Source of the DNA: Oceanispirochaeta sp.
GTDB lineage: Bacteria; Spirochaetota; Spirochaetia; DSM-2461
Assembly (NCBI GenBank): GCA_963663385.2
Contig: CAXXXD010000002.1
Coordinates: 192,001 to 256,000, forward strand
Direction: 5' to 3'
DNA length: 64,000 nucleotides
Shown here: positions 38,662 to 48,248 of the stretch, one piece after another
Layout of the letters: each line of letters starts with the position of its first letter
How positions within the stretch are numbered: the stretch's first letter is position 1
Program-made: the position numbers and the translations under genes
The notes under the pieces: generated by a model
The model's database searches: none
Seen by the model: the letters and a program-made list of their open reading frames with translations, nothing else
What the model was told of the DNA's origin: nothing

Positions 38662-40185
38662 ATGACAAAGAATACCTACATTAAAAACGGATTTGTATCG
38701 GAAAATACATTTCGCACCGCGAATGAGATACCCGCAGAGATCCCTGAGTTTAAAAAATCAAAAAACGATCTGCCCCAGCCTTACTGGAAAGGGCATGATA
38801 AAGAGATCGGCATGTACTGGAAGTCCTGGGAAATCGGCTTCAGCCATCTGAAAAAACCGACGCCTCAGAATGGATTCCTCAGCAGCTACCTCGATACGGC
38901 TTATAACGGGAATATATTTATGTGGGATTCGGTTTTCATCTCCCATTACTGCCGTTACGGGATCCGTGTTTTCCCTTTTCAGCAAACTCTGGACAACTTC
39001 TACAGAAAACAGCATCTGGACGGTTTTATCTGCCGTGAAATCTATGGGGAGAGCGGTGAAGATGCTTTTCAGCGTCATGATCCGGCCAGTACAGGCCCCA
39101 ATGTCTTTGCCTGGAGTGAAATGGAATACTATAAGGCTTTCGGAGACAAAGAACGGCTTAACAGTGTTTTTCCCGTTCTCTGCGGTTTTCATGAGTGGCT
39201 GAAGGAAAACCGGACATGGAAGGACGGCAGCTACTGGACAAGCGGATGGGGGAGCGGTATGGATACCGTCCCGCGCCTGCCCGAAGGACGGCATGTCAAT
39301 TTCAGTCACGGTCATATGTCATGGATCGATGCCTGTCTTCAGCAGTATATGGATGCTCAAATTCTTATCCAGATGGGGTTTGAGCTGGAGCGCTGGCAGG
39401 AAATCGAGGGAATCGAAGAGGAGATTCAGACTCTGGGAGACTTTATCCGGCAAAACATGTGGGACAATGATGAGGGATTCCTCTTTGATCTGTTAGCCGA
39501 CGGTTCCAGGGTCGACTGCAAGCATATCGGCGCTTTCTGGGCGCTGCATTCCGATGTGCTGGGAGAGAAGGAAAAAGCCGCAATGATCAGGAATCTGCAG
39601 AAAGGCGGAACTTTTGATCATAAATATATCATCCCCTCTCTGGATCCGGATCATCCCCGGTTCCGTTCAAACGGCCGCTACTGGCAGGGCGGAGTATGGG
39701 CTCCCACCAACTACATGATTTTCTCGGGCCTGCAGAAATCGGGAGAGGCCGAGCTGGCGCACAAACTGGGGAAAAGGCATCTGGAGCATGTTCTCGGAGT
39801 CTTTCAGAAGACCGGAACATTCTGGGAATACTACTCTCCCGATGAGGTTGAACCGGGATTCCTGGCCCGGCCGGATTTTGTAGGCTGGACAGGTCTTGTT
39901 CCGATCTCTGTTCTCTTTGAGCAGGTTATGGGAATCCGTCCGGATTACAGCAGGAAGGAAATCCACTGGGACCTGTTCCTGACGGAAGAGCATGGTATCG
40001 ACAAGTATCCCTTCGGACCGGCCCATACCCTCAACCTCAGGGCTGCCGGCCGTTCCAAAGCAGCGGATGCTCCTGTGATCAGCGTGGAATGTCAGGAGGA
40101 GATTACCCTGATCCTCCGCTGGAACGGAAAAGAGGAACGGCATACTCTTAAAAAGGGAAAGCATACAATCAATCCCGGGGGCTGA
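38662..40185 (+). CDS. (alpha/alpha)6 glycoside hydrolase, GH63/MGH1-like
   Basis: FMWDS, GSGMD..PR, YWQGGVWAPTNY, FWEYY, FVGWTG. Confidence 0.8.
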   Translation: MTKNTYIKNGFVSENTFRTANEIPAEIPEFKKSKNDLPQPYWKGHDKEIGMYWKSWEIGFSHLKKPTPQNGFLSSYLDTAYNGNIFMWDSVFISHYCRYGIRVFPFQQTLDNFYRKQHLDGFICREIYGESGEDAFQRHDPASTGPNVFAWSEMEYYKAFGDKERLNSVFPVLCGFHEWLKENRTWKDGSYWTSGWGSGMDTVPRLPEGRHVNFSHGHMSWIDACLQQYMDAQILIQMGFELERWQEIEGIEEEIQTLGDFIRQNMWDNDEGFLFDLLADGSRVDCKHIGAFWALHSDVLGEKEKAAMIRNLQKGGTFDHKYIIPSLDPDHPRFRSNGRYWQGGVWAPTNYMIFSGLQKSGEAELAHKLGKRHLEHVLGVFQKTGTFWEYYSPDEVEPGFLARPDFVGWTGLVPISVLFEQVMGIRPDYSRKEIHWDLFLTEEHGIDKYPFGPAHTLNLRAAGRSKAADAPVISVECQEEITLILRWNGKEERHTLKKGKHTINPGG

Positions 40186-40212
40186 TAAGAATACGGAGAA
40201 AGTACTCTGTAC

Positions 40213-40249
40213 GGCTGGATGATCTGGTTATCGGGATGATCATCCAGCC
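40213..40249. terminator. Intrinsic terminator hairpin
   Basis: GGCTGGATGATC...GATCATCCAGCC followed by a T-rich tract. Confidence 0.65.
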
Positions 40250-40374
40250 TTTAGTTATTTTTTATATCCCCGGTTCAGACCTTCACCCCGTTAAATTCCT
40301 GAACAGCCTTAAACAGGGCTGCTATATTTACAACAGGATGCCTGAAAAAGAATCTTCTACCGGTATATATTTGA

Positions 40375-41580
40375 TTATTTATACACAGGGATCTTAATTT
40401 GAATCTGAAATAATTCGGTGTTTTTTACGAGGTATATCTCTCCGGAAAAATACTCCTCTACCAGATACCGTGAAGATGTAAGGCCCATTCCATAGTGATC
40501 CTGCTTTGTTGAGTAACCTTCCGTAAATAGAACTTCGGAATCATTCGTATTCTTTCCCGAATCTTTTAATGTCAGAAGGCAGTGTTTATCTTCTTCCTTC
40601 AGTTCCAAAACCACTTTTTCCGGTAAAAAATCATCACCCAGGCTATCTTTTGCATTATCCACAAGGGAAATCAGTATTTGATTAAGCAGAAAGGAATTCC
40701 CATTAATACATGTTTTATTAGAAACCATATTATTCAAAGATATTTTTACTGGCAGAACCGAATGTATGTTATTTATATAATCGTTTACATTAAAAGGGGA
40801 TATATCATAAACCGCAGGTTTATAATGAATGCTGTCAGTCAATATACATACGGATTTAACTAATTTCAGTATATCCTTCTCTATGGTTTTTATTGATTTC
40901 TGCAGTTCCGGATTCATTCTGATTTTTTGAATAATTTTCAGCTTATTCTCAATCGTCTGATCATCCCTGTAACCCCGATCTATTTTAAGTTTTTTTGATA
41001 TAAGGAGTTCTTCAAACTTCTTAATAAAATCCAGATAGAGAATCACGACTTTTCTTACTAACTCAATATTATTAGTTATCTTCGCCAACTTATCAGAAAT
41101 TGATTCCTTCATTGCTTTTGTGCATATATCATAGCAAAATAGCCTGTTTTGCATAAAATGCAATTCGGTAACATTATCATCGTCAGATACGGGTTCTGTT
41201 GTGCGACTTATACTGTTTTGTAAATTTTTTCTTATTCGTATAAGAACATCATCCTTTTCAAAAGGTTTTATAAGATAATCACTTGCTCCCAGACTCAATC
41301 CGCTTATTACGCTTTTTCTATCAGATTTGGCTGTAAGGAAAATAATGGGAATATCTTTGGTATCCTTATTAGATTTTAACTCTCTGCAAACTTCAAAACC
41401 ATCCATCTCCGGCATCATAATATCCAGAAGTATTAAATCAGGTGGTTTCTGGGAAATGCTTTTCATGGCTTTGTAACCGTCTGTAGCAAAATTGAGGGTA
41501 TAATCGTCTTTAAGGATATGCCCGAGAAGCTTCAGGTTATTTGGTGTATCATCAACTACCAGAATGTACTTTTTATCCAT
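40375..41580 (-). CDS. Receiver domain plus HATPase_c protein with no recognisable H-box
   Basis: VVDD, LLDIMMPEMDG, FLTA, KP (REC); LVDNAKD, DSG, LFTEGYSTK, GMGL (HATPase). Confidence 0.82.
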   Translation of the reverse strand: MDKKYILVVDDTPNNLKLLGHILKDDYTLNFATDGYKAMKSISQKPPDLILLDIMMPEMDGFEVCRELKSNKDTKDIPIIFLTAKSDRKSVISGLSLGASDYLIKPFEKDDVLIRIRKNLQNSISRTTEPVSDDDNVTELHFMQNRLFCYDICTKAMKESISDKLAKITNNIELVRKVVILYLDFIKKFEELLISKKLKIDRGYRDDQTIENKLKIIQKIRMNPELQKSIKTIEKDILKLVKSVCILTDSIHYKPAVYDISPFNVNDYINNIHSVLPVKISLNNMVSNKTCINGNSFLLNQILISLVDNAKDSLGDDFLPEKVVLELKEEDKHCLLTLKDSGKNTNDSEVLFTEGYSTKQDHYGMGLTSSRYLVEEYFSGEIYLVKNTELFQIQIKIPVYK

Positions 41581-41781
41581 CCCATTTCCTTTTTAATATG
41601 GTTTAATGTTCATTATTTGTTTTCTTATAATATTAAAAAAACATTTTAAGAATAGCAAATAGAAAATTACTATTTGAATAGACTGGATTTTAAAAAATGA
41701 AAACCATTATACTTTTAATAAGGATTCTGCAGTAATTACTACTGGGGATATTAATACTGAATAGTTAATAGAGATGCTGAT

Positions 41782-44667
41782 ATGAAAATTGACTCGATAA
41801 CAACATTGCCGTCACATATATTGAATTGCATTTATGAGAGTATACTGGTTGTTGATCAGAACAACAGGCTGAAATACTATAATCAGTCATTTGAGAATCT
41901 TCTCCTTCTGAGTTCTGATAATATATCAACAATCAAGGATCGGATACTTGGCGATATACTTCCTGCCAAAATGAGTGCAATTCCGGTAATGGCACAGCAA
42001 TGCATAAGTCGTGTTGAGGTTGTGCAGGGCATACTGGAGATTCAGATCCCGCCCCTTATCCAGTATTATAAAGTAGTAGCTATTCCCAATTTAATAGAAA
42101 AAGATAGGGTGGAAGCTATTATAATTCTAAATAACACAACAGATTACGAACTAAAGAAGAAAGAGCTGCATCAGCAGTTGGATTTTCTTTCAAAACTGGA
42201 AAAACGAATGCCCCTTGGTGTTTTCATGTTCGATTATGAAGATGACGACCCTATTGTAACCCTCTGGAATCCCATGATGGTAGAATATTTCGGGGTACAG
42301 GAGAAAGATATACTGGGAAACAGTATCCAGTGCAGTTTCAATAAAGATACAGTTTCCCGGTTATCAGCCGCCATCGAGGCAATTAAATCTACCGGGTTAT
42401 ATTATGATTCGCCTTCTGAAGAAATTGAAACTCCCCAGGGTGTCAGATCTTTTCATATCGTAATCACTCCGATAAAGGATATGAAACTTACTTCAAACAG
42501 CTACCTGTGCATTATGGAAGATATAACCATAAGGATTCGTCAAGAGAAAGAACTTCAGTATATGCATGAAATGTTAAAAGAGGCTCTTAGTCAGATTTCC
42601 GAGCAATTGGAGCAGACTGATGCAGAATTTTCATCGATTCTCGAGTCTTCTATTAATGTATGCATCTTTTCACTGGACAGGGATTTAAACTACCGTTTTT
42701 TTAATCCCTATCATGAAAAGTACATGATGTCACAATTTGGAATTGCTGCAGAAAAAGGGGAAAAGGCAAAATGTGTCAAGAAGTCTTCCTCAGAAAAGGG
42801 ACTGCCTATTCTCGAGTATATTGAACAGGCTCTGGGTGGAGAATCTCAGGCACTGCAAGTACATTTCCAGAATAAGGAGGGGCAGATCAACTATCTGAAT
42901 ACGGTTTTCTCTCCTTTGTATGATAATGGAATAATTACCGGTGTAACCGTATTGCTGTTTGATACGACAGCACAGAAACACACTGCTGAAAAAGCCGAGA
43001 TCTTCCAGTTTGTCGCTGATCATGCAGAGTACGGTGTTATATTGGTAAACAAGGATTTTTCTGTTAACTATATTAATCCATTTGGGGAAACCCAGTTCGG
43101 GCTTCCATCCGATGAAATAATCGGCAATAAAGTGGACCTGTTATTTTCAGAAAGGCACAGAGAAAATATCCTGAAATCCCTGGATAAGACACTAAAGGGG
43201 ACAGTTCAGAATGAATTGCAAGTTGATTTGACAGACCAGTCTGATGAAACCGTTAATATCATGTTGAATTTTGTTCCCTATGGTGATCTTGAACACCAGG
43301 CGGGAGGTATTGCTATTACCTGCCTGGATGTTTCAACCCTTGAACAGGCTAAAAATACATTGATTCAGGCAAAGGATAGGGCGGAAGAGGCATCCATTCA
43401 AAAAAGTACTTTTGTTGCCAATATGAGCCATGAGTTCAGAACACCCCTCAATGCCATCCTTGGATTTTCATCCCTGTTAAAAGGGGAAATCCATGACACG
43501 GTTCTAAAGAGCCACGTAGATAGTATCATATCCAGTGGTACGGTATTGAAAAAACTGGTAAACGAAGTGTTGGATTTTTCCAAAATCGAGGCTGGTAAAA
43601 TGGAAATCCAGATCACAAAAGTTAATGTTTATGAGTTCTTTAAGGAAATATTCAGGATCTTTCAGCTTCAGTTTCATAATAAGAGTATTGACTTTGAAAT
43701 CTTCAGTAAGGAGCCTGTTCCGGAGTTTCTGTATTTTGATCAGTTACGTTTACAACAGGTTTTGATTAATCTGATAAATAATGGATTAAAATTTACACAG
43801 TACGGTTGCGTGAAGGTTATTTTTAAGTACATTGATAACAAAAAGATACTGCTGCTTAATGTTGAAGACAGCGGTATCGGTATTGCCGGGGATGATCAGA
43901 GCCGTGTTTTCGAATCATTTGAACAGAGAGAAAAAGAGAACACCCGGGTTTATGAGGGAACCGGATTAGGCTTGACAATTACAGAAAAGCTTCTGTCTTT
44001 GATGAAAGGCTCCATAAGGTTGAAGAGTGACATAGGAGCAGGATGTTCTTTTGCGCTGAAAATCCCCATGGCTGTGGAAGAAAATACAGAATCCCTTTCG
44101 ATTCATCTGCATGAGCCCCTTACTGTTAACAAAGTGATTTCCTGTTATGTGGAAAGACCTTTGATAACTCCGACTATGATGAAATTCGGTAAACGGAAAG
44201 GGATCCGTTTTCTTCCCTTTGATGGAATCCACGAGTTTCAGGCTGCAGAATATATGAAAATCCTTACCGGTAATTCAGAGATTTCGTTTGTAGATGAAAG
44301 CAAAGTAATAAGGATCTATAGAGAATACAGTAACGATTTCAAGCCTTCCGATTATGAGTTCTACTGCCTGTCGCAGGCTATGCCCGAGATAAAACGCCTT
44401 CACTTTATTTATAGTATTCTTATTTATGAGGATGGCCGTGTAAAAAAGAAACAAATCAATTTCAGTAATATTGATCAAACTGAGTTTGAGATGCTTAAAA
44501 AAGCCGTGGATTTAAAAATATTCAGTGATATTGAAGAATCCCTGCCTATTATTTATAAGTGTGAAGATGAAAACCATTATTACTCCGAACAAATTGAAGA
44601 GGCTATCTTAGTTTTCGACATCCCTAAACTGGAGAATATAATGAATAAGATGGCAACAATGTTTTAA
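41782..44667 (+). CDS. Cytoplasmic multi-PAS sensor histidine kinase
   Basis: About 4 PAS-like repeats; NMSHEFRTPLNAI, DFSKIEAG, NLINNGLKFT, DSGIGI, GTGLGL. Confidence 0.9.
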   Translation: MKIDSITTLPSHILNCIYESILVVDQNNRLKYYNQSFENLLLLSSDNISTIKDRILGDILPAKMSAIPVMAQQCISRVEVVQGILEIQIPPLIQYYKVVAIPNLIEKDRVEAIIILNNTTDYELKKKELHQQLDFLSKLEKRMPLGVFMFDYEDDDPIVTLWNPMMVEYFGVQEKDILGNSIQCSFNKDTVSRLSAAIEAIKSTGLYYDSPSEEIETPQGVRSFHIVITPIKDMKLTSNSYLCIMEDITIRIRQEKELQYMHEMLKEALSQISEQLEQTDAEFSSILESSINVCIFSLDRDLNYRFFNPYHEKYMMSQFGIAAEKGEKAKCVKKSSSEKGLPILEYIEQALGGESQALQVHFQNKEGQINYLNTVFSPLYDNGIITGVTVLLFDTTAQKHTAEKAEIFQFVADHAEYGVILVNKDFSVNYINPFGETQFGLPSDEIIGNKVDLLFSERHRENILKSLDKTLKGTVQNELQVDLTDQSDETVNIMLNFVPYGDLEHQAGGIAITCLDVSTLEQAKNTLIQAKDRAEEASIQKSTFVANMSHEFRTPLNAILGFSSLLKGEIHDTVLKSHVDSIISSGTVLKKLVNEVLDFSKIEAGKMEIQITKVNVYEFFKEIFRIFQLQFHNKSIDFEIFSKEPVPEFLYFDQLRLQQVLINLINNGLKFTQYGCVKVIFKYIDNKKILLLNVEDSGIGIAGDDQSRVFESFEQREKENTRVYEGTGLGLTITEKLLSLMKGSIRLKSDIGAGCSFALKIPMAVEENTESLSIHLHEPLTVNKVISCYVERPLITPTMMKFGKRKGIRFLPFDGIHEFQAAEYMKILTGNSEISFVDESKVIRIYREYSNDFKPSDYEFYCLSQAMPEIKRLHFIYSILIYEDGRVKKKQINFSNIDQTEFEMLKKAVDLKIFSDIEESLPIIYKCEDENHYYSEQIEEAILVFDIPKLENIMNKMATMF

Positions 44668-44814
44668 TACAGTATTTATTACTGCTTCGGGTATAATTAC
44701 TGATACTGCTGTTCTGATACCAAGAAAGCAAGATTTGTCTTTGTTTCTCTCTACTGTCTGATGTTCCAGATATTCCCTTTATAGAAGACTGTTCTTTACT
44801 TGATCCGGGAGGAC

Positions 44815-45825
44815 TCATTTGGAACAGGATGTTCCCCGTCTAATCTGATGAGGCAGAATCCGGGTATAGGATGTTAAATCTTTCTTATCTTTTTCATCGG
44901 ATTCAATCAGTTCCAGCAGTGTCCGGGTTGCTTTTAATGTAATCTCTTCAATCGGCTGGTTTATGGTGGTAAGGGACGGGACCATATATTTTCCTATTTC
45001 TATGCCGTCATAGCCGATAATATCTATATCCTTACCGATTTTCAGACCCATGGAAGTAATTGTTTTATAACCACCTATTGCCATCTCATCATTTACATAA
45101 AAAAGAGCTGTCAATTCAGGGTGTTTCTGCAGAAGCTCTTTTGTAACTTTTTCTCCTGAGTCAAGGGAGAAAGATCCGGGCAGGAGGTAGTCCGGATTAA
45201 ATGGTATTCCGGTATTTTTCAATGCATCCCTGTAGCCTGCAACCTGAGGGTCCTTACTGCTTTCTTTGAATGCATTACTGCAGATCATGCCTATTTTTCT
45301 ATGATTCAGGGATGTAAGAAGGCTTACGCCATCGAATACAGCTTTCCGTGGGTTGATGTAATAAGCGGGCCATTTCAGTTCGGGAATATTGATGGCACAC
45401 TGGACAACGGGGATTTTACTGGAATTAATATGATTATTAATATTCTCCGAATAGGATTCATGGCAGAGAATAATTCCGTCAACCTCTTTTTGTTGAAGGA
45501 GATTAAGATAGCTCAGCTCTGAATTATCATTGTCCTTTATACTGCAGACTATCAGTTTATATCCTTTTTCTTCCAGATGGGTTTCCAGAAGGTTGAACAG
45601 TCTCTGGTGAAATATGCCCGAGACCTGTGGCAATAACAGTCCTATCAGATTGGTTCTGCCCAGGACCATACTGCGTGCGGTATGATCCGGAACATAGTTC
45701 TCTCTGGCAATGGTTTCTCTCACTTTCCTTTCCAGTTCGGGACTTACAGCTTTTGTTCCGTTGAGAACCCTTGAAACAGTAGAGATTGAAACCCCGGACA
45801 TTCGTGCGATATCTTTTATTCCCAT
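44815..45825 (-). CDS. LacI-family repressor
   Basis: IKDIARMSGVSISTVSRVLN, NDEMAIG, GYDG, PSLTTINQP. Confidence 0.95.
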   Translation of the reverse strand: MGIKDIARMSGVSISTVSRVLNGTKAVSPELERKVRETIARENYVPDHTARSMVLGRTNLIGLLLPQVSGIFHQRLFNLLETHLEEKGYKLIVCSIKDNDNSELSYLNLLQQKEVDGIILCHESYSENINNHINSSKIPVVQCAINIPELKWPAYYINPRKAVFDGVSLLTSLNHRKIGMICSNAFKESSKDPQVAGYRDALKNTGIPFNPDYLLPGSFSLDSGEKVTKELLQKHPELTALFYVNDEMAIGGYKTITSMGLKIGKDIDIIGYDGIEIGKYMVPSLTTINQPIEEITLKATRTLLELIESDEKDKKDLTSYTRILPHQIRRGTSCSK

Positions 45826-45862
45826 GATCCTATTATTGGGGGAAAACTGGATTTAATCAATA

Positions 45863-45897
45863 GGAAAAGGTTTTCCCTTGACAGGAAAAGGTTTTCC
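45863..45897. promoter_or_regulatory. Two identical LacI-type operators flanking a -35 box
   Basis: GGAAAAGGTTTTCC at 45863-45876 and 45884-45897, with TTGACA at 45878-45883 between them. Confidence 0.85.
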
Positions 45898-45939
45898 TAT
45901 GTATCCTTGGATTTAGATAACAGCTATAAGGAGACAAAT

Positions 45940-47226
45940 ATGAAGAAGTATCTATTCGCCGCATTATGCGTGTTGCTGATTCCTTTTTTTCTAACTGCAG
46001 GAGGAAGTCAGGAAGCAGCCGGAATAACAGAGGATGGTGTAACTCTGGTTATGTGGGACCAGTTCTACAGAGGTGAAGAGAATACCATCATGGAGAAAAT
46101 CGTCAGGGAGTATGAACAGCAGAATGCGGGAGTTACAATCCAGAGGGACGCAAAAACACTGGATGATTTGAAACTGGTACTTCAGATGTCTGTTCAGGCC
46201 GGAACAGGGCCCGATATTATGCAATTGAATCAGGGAGAAGCCGATATGGGTGCTTTTGTAAAATCCGATCTGATTGCCAACCTGAATGAACAGGCCGTCA
46301 GCCTGGGATGGGAAGACAGACTTACCAAAGCCAATCTGAAATCCATGGGATATAAAGGTGATTATTACGGTGTTTCCGTTACTGGAGAGGTTGTAGGTTT
46401 CTTTTACAATAAAGCGCTCTTCCAGGAACTGGGCCTGACAATTCCTTCTACTCTTGAAGAGCTGGAAGTTCTTCTGGCAAAAGTAAAGGATGCCGGTTAT
46501 ACACCGATTAATTTTGGAAATCTGGACGGCTGGACAGGTATCCATGAATGGTCATCACTGCAGCATGTCATGACAACCAGAAGTGAGCTGGACGATATGA
46601 TGAGTGGAAAATCCGGTGCTTTCTGGAGTGTCCCTGCCAATAAAGCTTCTGCCGATAAACTTGTTTCCTGGGTGGAAAAAGGTTACTTTACCAAGGACTT
46701 TTCAGCGATCGGGTATGATGATTCCGCTACAGTTTTCTATCAGGGTGATTCTGCTCTTATGCTGACAGGAAACTGGCTGCAGGGTGAAATAGATGCCAAT
46801 GCTCCTTTTGATGCCGGATTCTTCCTTCTGCCGGCACCTGCCGCTTCTCAGGAAAATCTGAAGGCTGTAGGCGGACCCGGTATCCCCTTTGTTATTAACA
46901 AATCTACAAAGCATATGGATGAAGCTGTTGCCTTCCTGGATCTTCTGACTCAGGAAAAAACTGCTGTGAAATGGGCTGAAAGCGCTATGCTGCCCGCCCT
47001 TCCCATTTCAGAATCTTCCGTTCCAAATTCGGGAGAGCTTTTCAGGGATATTATGAAATGCTACAAGCAGGTAAATGAGAATAACGGAATCGGGTACTTT
47101 ATTGACTGGATTACCCCTACTTTTTATGACACCAGCTCGGCATCCGTACAGGAACTGATGGCTCAGGATATCGACTCTGACACATTTGTTAAAAACCTGC
47201 AGACCGATTACAACGACTTTTATTAA
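45940..47226 (+). CDS. Carbohydrate ABC (CUT1) substrate-binding protein
   Basis: AAGGAG RBS; signal peptide ending AGGSQE; GPDI, FFYNKALF, GNW. Confidence 0.9.
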   Translation: MKKYLFAALCVLLIPFFLTAGGSQEAAGITEDGVTLVMWDQFYRGEENTIMEKIVREYEQQNAGVTIQRDAKTLDDLKLVLQMSVQAGTGPDIMQLNQGEADMGAFVKSDLIANLNEQAVSLGWEDRLTKANLKSMGYKGDYYGVSVTGEVVGFFYNKALFQELGLTIPSTLEELEVLLAKVKDAGYTPINFGNLDGWTGIHEWSSLQHVMTTRSELDDMMSGKSGAFWSVPANKASADKLVSWVEKGYFTKDFSAIGYDDSATVFYQGDSALMLTGNWLQGEIDANAPFDAGFFLLPAPAASQENLKAVGGPGIPFVINKSTKHMDEAVAFLDLLTQEKTAVKWAESAMLPALPISESSVPNSGELFRDIMKCYKQVNENNGIGYFIDWITPTFYDTSSASVQELMAQDIDSDTFVKNLQTDYNDFY

Positions 47227-47247
47227 GAAAAATAACATAAAATATAA

Positions 47248-47283
47248 GGGCTTGCCGTTATATCGGAATATGCCGGTAAGCCC
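47248..47283 (+). other. Intercistronic hairpin after the SBP gene
   Basis: GGGCTTGCCG...CGGTAAGCCC, in the usual position for an mRNA-stabilising stem. Confidence 0.5.
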
Positions 47284-47303
47284 GTTTCGGAGTTAATTAT
47301 ACA

Positions 47304-48248
47304 ATGAAAAAAGTATTGGTCATTGGTCCGGTTTTCTGTGATCTGCTGCTGGACGGGTTCCGAGAAGTCCCCTCTCCGGGAGAGGAAGAGTATCTGGATC
47401 AGATTCAAATGTCTATTGGCGGTGTAGCCATAACTGCACAGGCTCTGACTCAACTGGGAATGCCGGCTGATCTGCTCTCATCCGTAGGTGATGATATCTT
47501 TGGCCGTCATATGCTGGAAGAACTGAACAGTAAAGGTGTCAGTACATCTCTGGTAGAGATCCGCAAGAGAGAACGGAGCAATCTCTCAATTATTTTTCCT
47601 CTGGGAAATGATCGCTCTTTTTTAACTCAACTGATGTCTGAAGACTGTGCATCCGAACAAATTTTGAAAGAAACGGGAGAACTTGATCTGACAGGATTCT
47701 CTCATATACATATTTCCTATTCTCTGATGAAGCATTCCCCGTACAGGGAATTGATCAGGAACGCATCCGATCTGGGAATTACAGTTTCTACAGATCTGGG
47801 ATTTGATGAAGCAAAAACATGGGTTGATGAGGATTTCATAAACCTTGAGAAGGTCGATTATTTCTTCCCTAACGATAAGGAAGCTGCCATTCTCACGGGA
47901 ACCAGTGATATGGAAGAGGCAATAAACCATCTTCGAAAGTGGGTGAAGGTCCCCATTATTACCAGAGGAGGGAAGGGGGCCGTTCTGCTTAATGAACAGA
48001 ACCGGTTCTGCCGTATCCCCGCGCCGGATGTTCCGGTCTTCAATACCACGGGTGCAGGCGATTCTTTTGTAGCCGGGTTCCTGTACGGGATTGCCGGGGG
48101 GGGGTCTCTGGAAGAATCTGTTCTCAGAGGGACTATTTGCGGGTCCATGACTGCCGGGTCCAAATTTTCTCTGTCGCCGCATATTAATTCAGCAGAACTG
48201 CAAAAGTTTCTGAATAATGAAAAATCATATCAGGAAGGAAAAAAATGA
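47304..48248 (+). CDS. PfkB-family carbohydrate kinase
   Basis: IGGVAITA, VGDDIFG, PNDKEA, ITRGGKGA, NTTGAGDSFVAG. Confidence 0.92.
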   Translation: MKKVLVIGPVFCDLLLDGFREVPSPGEEEYLDQIQMSIGGVAITAQALTQLGMPADLLSSVGDDIFGRHMLEELNSKGVSTSLVEIRKRERSNLSIIFPLGNDRSFLTQLMSEDCASEQILKETGELDLTGFSHIHISYSLMKHSPYRELIRNASDLGITVSTDLGFDEAKTWVDEDFINLEKVDYFFPNDKEAAILTGTSDMEEAINHLRKWVKVPIITRGGKGAVLLNEQNRFCRIPAPDVPVFNTTGAGDSFVAGFLYGIAGGGSLEESVLRGTICGSMTAGSKFSLSPHINSAELQKFLNNEKSYQEGKK

